Source of the DNA: Octopus vulgaris
Lineage: Eukaryota
Length of the DNA: 64,000 nucleotides
NCBI GenBank assembly: GCA_951406725.2
Contig: OX597819.1
Coordinates: forward strand, 7,316,001 to 7,380,000
Direction: 5' to 3'
Both the position numbers and the translations under genes were made by a program. A model generated the notes under the pieces. It was given only the letters and a program-made list of their open reading frames with translations. It was not told the origin of the DNA and ran no database searches. This document shows, piece by piece, positions 37,611 to 50,441 of the stretch; the first letter of the stretch is position 1; each line of letters opens with the position of its first letter.

Positions 37611-38369
37611 TTTCTCTTTGTTGAGTTGTGTTGTGATGTGTCTCTGAAGAAAAACACATAATTCTTGCTAGCTTAGTCCAGCAAGCTTTTGATAAATCTC
37701 ATCAAAAGGTATAGCTCTTATCTGTAAACAGGTGCTTTATTACTCTACAGTATATTGCTGGGTTAAACTCCCAATATGTTTATGATATTGAATAACAGCT
37801 TGCTGAAGTAGTCATGGGTACAATCAAGTAATTGAATTAGATTAACTATAAAAAAAAATATATTTATTGCATTTCATAAACAATTTGTTCATATACCTTA
37901 ATAACATAAATTGGTAAGGACTGAGTGGAGAAGCTGATCACAGGTTCAAAACTCAACCACAAATAATATATGTCTTTGGTCAAGATATAATAATCTACAA
38001 AATTTAGTCCATCAAGCAAAGGCACAGGTACATGTCAAGTTTTCATGAAGAAATGGCTAGGGGTCAAAAAGAGAATCTTGGTGAAAAAAAATAACATAAA
38101 CCTTAAACCCCAATGAAGGGACTTTTAGGTCCCGAAATACTGGACACATAAAATAACAACAATAACAGTGCATTTTGCCTTCCAACTCTTTCAGTGTCAC
38201 ATATATACAATGCTTCAAGCAAACCACATTTTATTAGCATAAAAAAAAGTTTCTTCTATATTTCTAGATCAACCTGATCCAGACGTAAATAAAATGGTAT
38301 AAATACTTTGAAAAACCTGTCAGTGGTAGTTAGCTTCTAAGAATCCCATACACACATTAATATGCATAT

Positions 38370-38772
38370 ACTCTTTACTCTTTTACTTGTTTCAGTCATT
38401 TGACTGCGGCCATGCTGGAGCACCGCCTTTAGTCGAGCAAATCGACCCCGGGACTTATTCTTTGTAAGCCCAGTACTTATTCTATCGGTCTTTTTGCCGA
38501 ACCGCTAAGTGATGGCGACGTAAACACACCAGCATCGGTTGTCAAGCAATGCTAGGGGGACAAACACAGACACACAATCACACATATATATATATATATA
38601 CATATATACGATGGGCTTCTTTCAGTTTCCGTCTACCAAATCCACTCACAAGGCTTTGGTCGGCCCGAGGCTATAGTAGAAGACACTTGCCCAACATGCC
38701 ACACAGTGGGACTGAACCCAGAACCATGTGGTTGGTAAGCAAGCTACTTACCACACAACCACTCCTGCGCCT
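38370..38772 (-). mobile_element. SINE family A
   Basis: Full-length match. Confidence 0.88.
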
Positions 38773-39178
38773 ATGTGTTAAGTTCCAGACTTTTTCTTCA
38801 TGTAGTTGCTTATGGCACTGACTGATAGTGACATGGATAAAGTCATTTGAAAGTTAGGTGCCTTGGCCAAAAATAAGGCACAACACCACTAACAGGATAA
38901 CGTTTTAACCTAACCTTTTTACCAAGCCAGCCAGCTGCCACTGCAGTGCACGTGCACCCCCACCACTGTTCCACTCAATTCTAAGATAGAATAATTGATA
39001 TTTTTAAAGCAACTTCAATGCATGACACTGTTAGTAATTTAATGTTTTTGTTTCTTTTTAGTGTAATGTCAATGTTAATATATTGATGTAGACTACTGAG
39101 CTGACTAAAAATTAAAAAGGACAAAAAAAAAAAAGAAAGAAAATTAATTTAACCAACATTGAGAAAGTTAATACTGAC

Positions 39179-39401
39179 CGAACTGCTTTCTTTACAACAG
39201 GGTGCCAACTCATTCCAACATAATCATTACTACACCATACTGTGATATCCTTCTTCTGCTTCAGATCATGATGTTCTTCAGCAAACGGAAAATCTTCTCC
39301 TTTTCTTAAGACCTTTTTAAAAACTCGATAGGAGTGGTTTTGTTTCTTCTTTTCAATTTGCTGCTCAAAAAACCTCTCATAATCAAAGAATTGAGATTTT
39401 C
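39179..39401 (-). CDS. ALAS: ALAS coding exon 4
   Basis: tttcag|...CG|gtcagt, 223 nt; GKSQFFDYERFFEQQIEKKKQNHSYRVFKKV...ITVWCSNDYVGMSWHPVVKKAV. Confidence 0.96.
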
Positions 39402-39422
39402 CTGAAAGTAACAAATAAAGAT

Positions 39423-39455
<33 letters not shown>

Positions 39456-39503
39456 GTTTAACGTCCGTTTTCCATGCTGGCATGGGTTGGACGGTTTGAC
39501 TGA

Positions 39504-40054
39504 GGTCATACATATCATCATCTGGAAAAGACTTTCTAACTAGAAAGGGTATGGCCTGGTCAGCCTGTAATGACATGCATAAGATCTGGTCATCAAATCT
39601 AAGTAGAGACTTCAAACTTGAAATCTTCAAAGCCACAGTCGAACCAATTCTACTATATGGCTCAGAAACCTGGATGTTATCAAAGAAGCTTGAGAGGCGG
39701 TTGGATGGAACCTACACTCGCCTCCTTATGAGAGCTCAAAATCTCTTGTGGAAGCGCCATCCAACCAAAATGCAAATATATGGGAAACTACCACCCGTGT
39801 CATCTCTTGTGAAAGGTAGGAGAGTCCAGTTTGCTGGACATTGTTGTAGAGCTGAAAAAGAGGTAATTTCTACTCTTCTCCTCTGGAAGCCATCTACTCG
39901 CAATACCAGAGGGCGCACACTCTCCTACCCTGATGTAATCTCCAGGGATACAGGCATCCAGCAACAGGACCTCCGTAATGCCATGATGGACCGTGAAGTC
40001 TGGCGTAGCATGGTAAATTCCATTGTCTCGACCACGGTCGAACAATGATGATGA
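39504..40054 (+). mobile_element. 5'-truncated RTE-like LINE (ORF2 C-terminus and (TGA)n tail)
   Basis: Open frame with EPILLYGSETW...RLLMRAQN...MMDREVWRSMV; TSD TGACTGA (39497-39503 and 40055-40061). Confidence 0.9.
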
Positions 40055-40440
40055 TGACTGACTTGTTCTTAATAATATTTGGGAGAAAAGCTGCAATGTA
40101 CCTGACTGCCAGATCATATCATTCCATCAGTTTTTACCCAACTGCTGATATTCAGTAACACAGATATATGTTTTATTAACCCATTAAGAATGAAATTTAA
40201 AATTCAGTAAAGTGAGAGAGAATTAAAACAACAGAACTATATACTATCAGTGTATTGCTATCTGTTTCCAGGAGATGCTCCTCTTTATGTTATATCCACA
40301 GAATTAAACAGTTGTCAAAATTACAATGCTTCAATTGCTTACGAGAGAGACCTCGCTGCAGTACTCTCTTTGGTACCTCTCTATGACTAAACAAACTGAG
40401 TCATTGACAGTCAAACCTATCAGATAGGAACACATTACAA

Positions 40441-40480
<40 letters not shown>

Positions 40481-40682
40481 CGAGCGAGCTGTGTTAGTCT
40501 TTGGTACCTATCTATGAGTAAACAAATTGAATCATTGACAGTGAAACCTCTCAGCTATGGACACATTACAATGTGTTGGTGTTATCAATCAAAGAAACAG
40601 ACAAATAGTAATAAGGTATCCAAATGCTTGTAGTTCTAGAGTTCCAATACAAAATTTTTTAATGAAAATGTCTGATTCTTAC

Positions 40683-40925
40683 CAAGTGATGACCCATCAT
40701 TGCCATTAGGTTGATCCCTTTCTTGGATTTTCACTCCAGCTACTGTACTAAGACAGAACTTACTCACTGGCTGAAGAGGTGCAGCAGATAACATTGGAGG
40801 GCTTAACACGGTCTTGTTAATCAATCCAGAGTTAGAAAGTGCATCCTTCCTAAGGACCGCAGCATTTGAATGCTGCAAGGTTCCAGCTTTAGGTGGCTCT
40901 GCAATAGCATTGTTCTCAGAAGAAA
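40683..40925 (-). CDS. ALAS: ALAS coding exon 3 (variable N-terminal linker)
   Basis: ttttcag|...CTTG|gtaaga, 243 nt open frame, phase 1-1; VSSENNAIAEPPKAGTLQHSNAAVLRK...NDGSSL; low conservation, so supported mainly by splice signals and frame. Confidence 0.72.
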
Positions 40926-41125
40926 CTGAAAAGCAAAAGCAAAGTCAACAAATCAACAATAATGAAAGGAAAGAAATTCATTATATCAAACGAATTTACA
41001 ATAAAATTGTCAGAATTTATGTGTATGTGTTTGTGTGGAGGTGATGGCACTGGTGGTGGAAGTGGTAGTCATTTACACAAGGTTTTCATAGAGGTTATTG
41101 CACAGATACTAGTAATAACCAAGGA

Positions 41126-41514
41126 GTGGAGGCGCAATGGCCCAGTGGTTAGAACAGCAAACTCGCGGTTATAGGATCGCGGCTTCGATTCCCAGACCGG
41201 GCGTTGTGAGTGTTTATTGAGCGAAAACACCTAAAGCTCCACGAGGCTCCGGTAGGGATGGTGGTGATCCCTGCTGTACTCTTTCACCACAACTTTCTCT
41301 CACTCTTACTTCCTGTTTCTGTTGTACCTGTATTTCAAAGGGCCAGCCTTGTCACTCTCTGTGTCACGCTGAATATCCCCGAGAACTACGGTAAGGGTAC
41401 ACGTGTCTGTGGAGTGCTCAGCCACTTACACGTTAATTTCACGAGCAGGCTGTTCCGTTGATCGGATCAACCGGAACCCTTGTCGTCATAACCGACGGAG
41501 TGCTTCCTCCTTCC
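41126..41514 (+). mobile_element. tRNA(Arg)-like SINE, family C, full length
   Basis: A box TGGCCCAGTGG, B box GCTTCGATTCC, TCG anticodon remnant; 13-bp TSD TAATAACCAAGGA. Confidence 0.88.
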
Positions 41515-42853
41515 TAATAACCAAGGAAGGTAAAAGAGATGTATTTTTCATAACTACTAAGGATCATTTGTGTCCATTCAGAGACTTGTATGTAAGTGTG
41601 AATTTAATGGTGTGTATGTGTGCTGTGAATATATTCCCTTAAACAACAGACTCCATGTATTTCCATGCAACGATAAATAGAGGATATTGTATTTTACACA
41701 CATAAACCTTAACAAATATAGGCTTGTGTGTGTGTGTGTTTGTGCGTGTGTGGTGTGTGCATGTTGGAATAAAAAAATCCTTTACTTGAGAAATAGACAA
41801 GTGTTGGAGATAGGAAAATAATCTTGCTGTAAAATCCTGCCTCAAATAACCTGTTTAACCCCTACTAGCAGGAAAAAAAAAAAGGACATTAAATGATCAC
41901 ATATATATCCCTCTCTCTCTTTCAGAGAGGAACTGAGCAGCTATACGCACACATACACACACGGCAGTAACTTCCGCCTACCGAATTCAATCACAAAGCT
42001 CCGGTCGGCTTGGGGCTATAGTGGAAGACACCTACCCAAAGTGCCACACAGTGGGACTGAACCCGAAACCATGTAGCTAGGAAGCAAGCTCCCTAACCAC
42101 ACAGCCATGCCCGCGCCTACATATATATATATATATATATAAAACAATTGTTGCTGCGTGGAAGGTGTTTATAAGCCATTCAAGAAACACACAAAAAGTG
42201 TTAGATTCACTTCAACATTTAAATTTAATTTGCCAAAATATTTTCGTCGCTTTGAGACTGTGATCTACTGACCAACAAAATAATGTGCAGCACGGAATTT
42301 TGTCAGTGAACAGGACACGATCTCAGATTAGGTCACTTGCTATGCAAGCACGTCTCTGTAAATATATATATATATATTTTCGTTCACTGTGTTGTTATTA
42401 AAGAGCTGCCAATATTTCAGACTGGTATTTGTTTTATCAAGTTCTACATAGTGACTGTCTAAATCCACTTCACCATAAAGTAATGTGACTCTTTTGCTGA
42501 ACTGCTAGATTACAGAGGACGTAAACACACCATCACCAGTTGTCAAACAGTGGTAACACACACACACACGATTAGCTTCTTTCAGTTTCTGTCTAACAGA
42601 CCTTGTTTGGCCTGGGGCTATAGTAGAAGACACGTGCCCAAGGTGCCATGCAGTGGGACTGAACCTAGAATCATGTGATAGGGAAGGCTATAAATTTTAT
42701 ATGGGAAGCTTACCAAAACATAATAGGTCACATCATGGTTAATTAAAGCTTATTAACCAAAAACAAACTGGCTCAAAATGCCATCAAATATTGATGAAAC
42801 CAAATAATACAACAGTTTAAAACAACTGAAAACATCTTTAAAAAGTGACAGAT

Positions 42854-43253
42854 AGGCGCAGGAGTGGCTGTGTGGTAAGTAGCTTGCTAACCAACCACAT
42901 GGTTCCGGGTTCAGTCCCACTGCGTGGCATCTTGGGCAAGTGTCTTCTGCTATAGCCCCGGGCCGACCAATGCCTTGTGAGTGGATTTGGTAGACGGAAA
43001 CTGAAAGAAGCCTGTCGTATATATGTATATATATGTATGTGTGTTTGTGTGTCTGTGTTTGTCCCCCCAGCATTGCTTGACAACCGATGCTGGTGTGTTT
43101 ACGTCCCCGTCACTTAGCGGTTCGGCAAAAAAGACCGATAGAATAAGTACTGGGCTTACAAAGAATAAGTCCCAGGGTCGATTTGCTCGACTAAAGGCGG
43201 TGCTCCAGCATGGCTGCAGTCAAATGACTGAAACAAGTAAAAGAGTAAAGAGT
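42854..43253 (+). mobile_element. SINE family A
   Basis: Full-length, with (GAGTAAA)-like tail. Confidence 0.88.
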
Positions 43254-44437
43254 TATGTTTCTTCTATAAATTCAACCTTTAGCGACCCAATGAAATACAG
43301 TCTATGTGCTTCAGTTAATTTTGAAAATTAAAAAAACTGCAGTAATTTAGTAAAATAAACTTGACGTTATTAAGTTAGTGACCAGAACATAACATAGGAT
43401 TCTTGCATAAAATTATAATTTTATGAAATGTTCTAATTTAAACAGAAACACTTAAAAAAGGACAGTTTTGTACTGCATAAAGTTACAATTTTATGAAAGG
43501 TTTTAAATTAAACAGAAACACTTGAAAAAAAGGAGTTTTGTATTATAGAAGAGGTTGCCCAAAGTGGTTTGTTATTGAAAAGGTTAAATATCTTTTTTCT
43601 TCTCTCTTAATCAATAATTCATGTTTCACATACTGAAAACCTGCAACAGTGATTACTGTGTCTAAAGAGCTGGCCCAATACTCTGCAGTCTCCAAGCTCT
43701 TAAAAGAAAGGTGGTAGTGTATGTTGAAACAGCAGTTTCTTGTTTGGAAAAGTACGTAACTGTATAAAAAATAGTCTGCTTTGGCAAGAGTCAATATAAT
43801 AAAAGTAAATAAGGAAAGTAGGTTACATTGCTGTAAAGAGAGAAAATATTTAACATTTTAGGCAGATTCCTTCCTTCTCTCAAGAAATATTAGCTATATT
43901 TTATTCTTATGATAAACAAACACACAACTTTATACTTTTACTACAATAAACAACTTATGCTACAAAAATTCCTCTATATTTTAAAATCTGCAGATCTACC
44001 ATAGAAAAGTAAATACAGAATTATTTAAAGAGAAAAAGAAGTTTTATAAAAATAATTTTCTTTCATGTGAAATGATGATGTGAATTAAAATTTAAAGAAT
44101 AAAGAAGGTGCCAAGCTGGCAGAATCATTAGCATGCAACACAAAATGCTTAGAGACATTTTGTCAGTCTTTACGTTCCCAGTTCAAATTCTGCCAAAGTT
44201 GACTTTGCCTTTCATCCTTTCAGGGTCGATAAAATAAGTACCAGTTGAACACTGGGGTTGATGTAATCAACTTACACCCTCCGCTAAAATTGAAACAAAT
44301 ATTTAAAGAGTGAAGATCAACAACCAAGAAATCCATTCTGAATATACATAAATATTAACCAACACCAAGTATAACATTTTTCTGCAGTATATTCTTGCTT
44401 AGAAATAAATTCAAGACGAAAAAAAAATATATTTAAT

Positions 44438-44819
44438 AGGTGCAGGAGTGGCTGTGTGCTAAGAAGCTTGGTTCCCAACCACATGGTTACAGGTTCAGTT
44501 CCACTGTGTGGCACATTGGGCAAGTGTCTTCCACTATAGCTTCAGGCCAACCAAAGCCTTGTGAGTGGATTTGGTAGAAGGAAACTGAAAGAAGCCTGTT
44601 ATATATCACACACACACATGTATTTGTATGTTTGTCCCCCCACCATTGCTAAACAACTGATGTTGGTATGTTTATGTCTCCGTAACTTAGCAGTTTGGTA
44701 AAAGGGACTGATAGAATAAGTACTGGGCTTACAAAGAAAAAAGTCCTGGGGTTGATTTGTTCAACTAAAGGTGGGGCTCCAGCATGGCTGCAGTCAAATG
44801 ACTGAAACAAGTAAAAGAA
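44438..44819 (+). mobile_element. SINE family A (diverged)
   Basis: Full-length diverged match. Confidence 0.8.
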
Positions 44820-45787
44820 TAATACTTCCAAAATGGGACTTTGCCCATGTGTATCCGCGTGCATTTATGTGCAGGTATGTGTGTGTGTGTGGGAGTGTTG
44901 GTGCACAAGAAAAACATTTATGGAAATGTACTCCTAAAATTTCTATTAAAATAAGTCATCTTTATATGCCATGTTTGCAATTCTCCATATAAATGATAGC
45001 AAATTGCGTTTCAAATGAAATTAAAATCCTGGCTTAACGACAGATCAAGTAACTAAAGTTCTAACTTTGTTGGTAACAACAGACTTTCTCTTTTAATTCA
45101 ATACTGAAAAAGAGAGAAAATGCAAGGGAAAGTAATTTTGGCAGTAAGGACTAAACCCCTTGTTTCATTATCACAATAATCCTTTCTGTTTGTAAGACAG
45201 AATATGAGGAAGATTTGATTGCTATTTCTTGTAGATTGAGTGGCCACATTGAAGACCCCTCATAAGCTCATAATGATTCTGTTTATCACACTTGTGTACG
45301 ATAAAACAAAAGTCACTGACTTAAAGCTGGCTTAACAAAGTAATTAATACAGGAGAATGGTAAATGGATGACCTATTATTCTATTTTCAATGTTACAACA
45401 TGGATAAGCAGTTGAAGAATGAAATTTCTGTTGTTTTTTTGTTTGGACTTTTGTCAGCTGATGAAGCAAATCTACCATCAAAGTATTCTGGCCATGATAA
45501 TCCCAGATTTTCAGACAATATATAGAAGACTGCTTTATCCAATATGGTCCTTCCTTTTACTTTTAAGAAAAATAGCAAAGTGCAGTTTAAGGAAATTTTG
45601 GCGACTATCTTTAGGAGATTGAATGACCATGTAGTGAATCCCTCATTAATGTACCAGTTACCATCATAAAACTACATTCAAGAACAAATTTCACAAATAA
45701 AAATACATTTAACATTAGTAAATTTCAAATTTAACGAGCATGTCTCTTACCTAAATTACCATGTATATTTTGAATGTAACAAGGACT

Positions 45788-46110
45788 GAAGATGCATGGC
45801 TCAGTGGTTTGAGCATTTGACTCACAATTATGAGGTAGTGAGTTTGATTCCTGGACCGGGCTCTGTGTTGTGTTCTTGAGCAAGTCGCTTTATTTCACAT
45901 TGCTCAAGTTCACTCAGCTGTTGAAATGAGTTGTGGTGCCAAGCTGTATCGGCCCCTTTGCTTTTCCCTTGGATAACATCAGTGGCATGGAGAGGGAAGG
46001 CTGGAATGCATGGGAGACAGTTGGTCTTCCATAAACAGCCTTGCCTGGACTTGTACAGCAGAGGGGAACTTTCTAGGTGCAATCCCATAGTTGTTCATGA
46101 CCAAAGGAGG
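45788..46110 (+). mobile_element. tRNA-derived SINE family E
   Basis: A box TGGCTCAGTGG and B box GAGTTTGATTCC, then ttcttgagcaag; a related head lies on the - strand near 52505-52600. Confidence 0.65.
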
Positions 46111-46369
46111 TTTTCTTAATAAGGACTCAGGGAAAGTTATATCTCTAATAATTGTCTTATTGTTTTGCATTCATTTTTCTATCTCTATCGATTTAATATG
46201 GTTTATTTGCTGGAGTTCTACCCATAGCCTACACAGGCTCTCTGATATGGAATAATTTCTTATATCACTAATCAATCAACCATGAAGTAAGAATGGAATT
46301 ATATTACTTCATTAAATTTTTAACTCAAAATTCTTAAAAATCAAGACTAAGCAAGCTATTATATATCAT

Positions 46370-46747
46370 ACTCTCTTTTTACTCTTTTACTTGTTTCAGT
46401 CTTTTGACTGCGGCCATGCTGGAGCACCGCCTTTAGTCGAGCAACTCGACCCTGAGACTTATTCTTTTGTAAGCCCAGTACTTATTCTATCGGTCTCTTT
46501 TGCCGAGCTGCTAAGTGACGGGGACATAAACACACCAGCATCGGTTGCCAAGCAATGCTAGGGGGACAAACACAGACACACACATACATATATATATATA
46601 GATATATACGACGGGCTTCTTTCAGTTTCCGTCTACCAAATCCACTCACAAGGCTTTGGTCGGCCCGAGGCTATAGTAGAAGGCACTTGCCCAAGGAACC
46701 ATGTGGTTGGTAAACAAGCTACTTACCACACAGCCACTCCTGCGCCT
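46370..46747 (-). mobile_element. SINE family A
   Basis: Match with the B-box region deleted. Confidence 0.85.
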
Positions 46748-47369
46748 ATTTAACTTTCAGATTTTATGTTGCCTAAGTTTTGAAAAAGTATTTTTATCTT
46801 TCATTTGTTTCAGTCATTAGACTGTGGCCATGAATTAACCCCAGTACCTTTTTAAAATGTTGGTACTTATTCTTTCAGTCTCTTTTGTCAAACTGCTAAG
46901 TTATGGAGATGTAATAATACTAACATCAGTTTTCAAGCAGTAGTGGGAGACGCACACACACACATGGATATATATATGATTGGCGTCTTTCAGTTTCCAT
47001 CTACCAAATCCACTCACAATGCTTTGGTCAGCCCAAGGCTACAGTAGAAAATACTTGCCTAAGGTGCCAAACAGTGGGACTGAACCTGTAACCACATGGC
47101 TGAGAAGCAAACTTCTTACCACACAGCCATGCCTGTGTCTATATGTATGTGAAAATTATGCCCAAATGCGCTTTGGAATAATAACTGTTTGGATGAGAAT
47201 TTGAAGGAAGCATTCAAACACTCTTCATACAAACCATTACAAAAGGGATTGATAGAAATTCTACACAAAAAAGTGAGATGTGTTCTCCAAGGAAAGGAAC
47301 AGTAATATTTGAATTTATTGCATTGTGATGCATTCTTTTAACAGTAGTCATGCATTTTTATATTTGGGG

Positions 47370-47775
47370 AAAATCAAAATCAAAATCAAACCAAATCAAA
47401 TCAGATATCAGAAAGCAAAACCAAAATCGAAGTCGATCAACATCAATGGAAATTGCAGCTGTGGTTAAGCGAACCATCCGATTGTAGCCGTTGCCAGCAC
47501 CGCCCCGACTGGCCTCTGTGCTGGTGGCATGTAAAAGCACCATCCGTTCGTGGCCATTTGCCAGCTCTGTCTGGCACCTGTGCGGGTGGCACGTAAAAAG
47601 CACCCACTACACTCATTGAGTGGTTGGTGTTAGGAAGGGCATCCAGCTGTAGAAACACTGCCAGATCAGACTGGGCCTGATGCAGCCTTCTGGCTTCCCA
47701 GACCCCAGTCGAACCGTCCAACCCATGCTAGCATGGAAAGCGGACACTAAATGATGATGATGATGATGATGATGA
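47370..47775 (+). mobile_element. Family B retroelement 3' end with (AAATC)n 5' extension
   Basis: Tail ends about 43 nt from the ALAS exon 2 donor. Confidence 0.72.
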
Positions 47776-47817
47776 AAGGAATCAATATTAAAAGAAAAAA
47801 AAGAGCAATAAACAAAC

Positions 47818-47937
47818 CTTGAGATGTTGCAGCTTTTGTATTTTGTTGGAGATTTTCCCTCACTTTTGGGCTGCTTGGTGGATCTTCCTTGGCCCCAAAA
47901 GGACATTTTGAAGCAACAACAGTTTCCGCTTGAGCAG
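47818..47937 (-). CDS. ALAS: ALAS coding exon 2 (heme-regulatory motif 3)
   Basis: ttgtag|...CAAG|gtttgt, 120 nt, phase 1-1; AAQAETVVASKCPFGAKEDPPSSPKVRENLQQNTKAATSQ, with the SKCPF motif typical of animal ALAS. Confidence 0.85.
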
Positions 47938-48621
47938 CTACAACATTAAGTAAAATATGGAATTTACTCGCTTCATCTGCTTGCCATGAATGTTGAATAA
48001 GTTTAGCTAGTAAGTTGTTATCTTGAGTAATTCAAGAGTAAGCTGCCAGACGAGATGGTGAAGATGCCAACGACCGCTCGGTTCAAAGTCTCCCTTGACC
48101 TTAGTGGCCTGAACTCTTTACATGAACACCACCCTGTACATAACTCCATCTCCCCCTACATGGCCTTGCTTTTTGCTTTTTGAGCCCAAAAATTAACTAA
48201 TTAACTAACTAACTATTTCAAACATTGATATGATTTGTCTCATCTGATACTAACCAGGGTGTTTACAGTTAATTGAAGTAACTCACAAAAGTTCATTTGA
48301 GAGAGAGAGAGAGAGAGAGATGCATATGTAGTAATGGTTTACTTAGCATGGGAAGGGTAGCAACCAAAGATTGGAGAAATGAGGATAGAAGTTATTCGCA
48401 ATTTGGGAAATTCAAGAAGGTAAATTTCAGTAAAAGACACCTAAGCACAAAGGCCCAGTGGTGATAAACTAGTCAACAGATTATAGTCTACCACTCAAGA
48501 ACAGGAATGATTTCCTCACAGTTTCTGCTTTCTCATTCAAAATGTGACCGTGTGTGTACCGTTGGCGATTTATTATTTTTTTTCCTCTGTCTTCCCTTCT
48601 TTGGATCTTTCCTTTTCCTAT

Positions 48622-48656
48622 GTTTCTGACGAAGAGCTCCGCTTGAAACGTTAAGC
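48622..48656 (+). ncRNA. Minimal type I hammerhead of Penelope-like element type (within a remnant at about 48505-48750)
   Basis: gttt-CTGACGA-a-gagc tcc gctt-GAAA-CG-TT-aagc; palindromic ACGT stem III; remnant ends in (TA)n. Confidence 0.65.
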
Positions 48657-48779
48657 CCTCCTTCTTTCCTGAGTGTCCAATAATACTATACTTGTTTCCC
48701 GTCCTCACATTGTTGTGTTTTCTCTTTTGTGTTTTCATGTTTGGACTAACTATATATATAAATATATATATATATATAT

Positions 48780-49175
48780 AGGCACAGGAGTGGCTGTGTG
48801 TTAAGTAGCTTGCTAACCAACCACATGGTTCCGGGTTCAGTCCCACTGCGTGGCATCTTGGGCAAGTGTCTTCTGCTATAGCCCCGGACCGACCAATGCC
48901 TTGTGAGTGGATTTGGTAGACAGAAACTGAAAGAAGCCTGTCGTATATATGTATATATGTGTATGTGTGTGTGTTTGTGTTTGTCCCCCTAGCATTGCTT
49001 GACAACCGATGCTGGTGTGTTTACGTCCCCGTCACTTAGCGGTTCGGCAAAAGAGACCGATAGAATAAGTACTGGGCTTACAAAGAATAAGTCCCAGGGT
49101 CGATTTGCTCGACTAAAGGCGGTGCCCCAGCATGGCCGCAGTCAAATGACTGAAACAAGTAAAAGAGTAAAGAGT
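48780..49175 (+). mobile_element. SINE family A
   Basis: Full-length match. Confidence 0.88.
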
Positions 49176-50047
49176 ATAGAGTATATATATATATATGTGT
49201 GTGCATCAATGGTCCATGGATGTCTAAATTTGTAAAACTAACTCCACTCAGTTATATTAATATTACCAATGACAGCGTTAATACTAAGAATGCATTAAGG
49301 CTTTTGTGTGACATGTGAAACTGTGAGGGAGAGTTGAAGGAAGAGGAAAGGCGAAACAAAACAGTGAGATAAAATGGAGAGAGAGTACTAAAGGAAGGAG
49401 AGAGTACTAGAAAATGTGTGGGAGGGAGAGAGCGAGAGAGAGACAGAGCGAATGTGAAAAGACTTATGTAAGAGAGATTTGTAAAGCAAAGAGGATGGAA
49501 TATTTTTTGAATTTAAAATGAAATAATTGGCTTTAAAAAAAAAATAACATTAATAAGCTGCATTGGTTATTGTTATGATTTACAGCAGTGAAGTGAATTG
49601 TGTTTGAATAGATATCATTATATTTCTTAGCATTCACAACAAATTAGGTTTACACAAAGGAAACATTCCAACTGGAGAAATTTATGACATTTCCACCCAG
49701 ATATAATTTATTCATGAAACATTGGTTAATTAACTACTAAAAAAAAATCTCTTAAATTTGGCTTCAACAAAAGGCAAACACCATGACAACTTCACAGAGC
49801 TACATCATATGTTAATGGCAAGCATTTTGAATGGAAATTCTTGTTGTGTCAAGTCCCCTGTCAAGTTTTGGCACTTCACTGACAATGGTGAAGTTGTTAG
49901 TCTTTTGGTATTGTGCTTGTGCCACTAAGAAAAGTAAATAAATTTTCTTTGAATTATAAAACTAGCTTCTCTACTTTACAGCTATTTGGAATACATTTTA
50001 TTTTAAAATCTATTGCAAGTGTTTAATTGTGTATTTGAATAGCAGAA

Positions 50048-50441
50048 CTTTCCTTCATTGGACACTAAACTCTGCTTGCGAAGACCTGTTGAGGCAAGTG
50101 AAATTGAAATCAAATTCAATGACTGGTGGCATGTGTAAAAACATTCGAGTGAGGTTGTTGCCAGTGCTGCTGGACTGGCTCCTGTGCAGGTGGCACGTAA
50201 AAAACACCATTTGAGTGTGGCTGTTGCCAGTACCGCCTCACTGGCCCTCGTGCCGGCGGCACGTAAAAGCACCCTCTACACTCTCGGAGTGGTTGGCGTT
50301 AGGAAGGGCATCCAGTTGTAGAAACTCTGCCAGATCAAGACTGGAGCCTGGTGCAGCCATCTGGTTTGCCAATCCTCAATCAAGTTGTCCAACCCCTGCT
50401 AGCATAGAAAGCAGACACTAAACAATGATGATGATGATGAT
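50048..50441 (+). mobile_element. Family B retroelement 3' end
   Basis: Longer 5' part gaagacctgttgaggcaagtgaaa is shared with the copies near 25025 and 32000. Confidence 0.72.

Noticed and set aside
41126-41200. tRNA-Arg gene
   Set aside because: It is the head of a multi-copy SINE with body, tail and TSD, and the acceptor stem is not intact.
42140-42330. Possible further Penelope-like remnant with a partial inverted repeat and a - strand gcgacGAAAatat motif
   Set aside because: Too degenerate, with no recognisable CUGANGA core, so it was not called.
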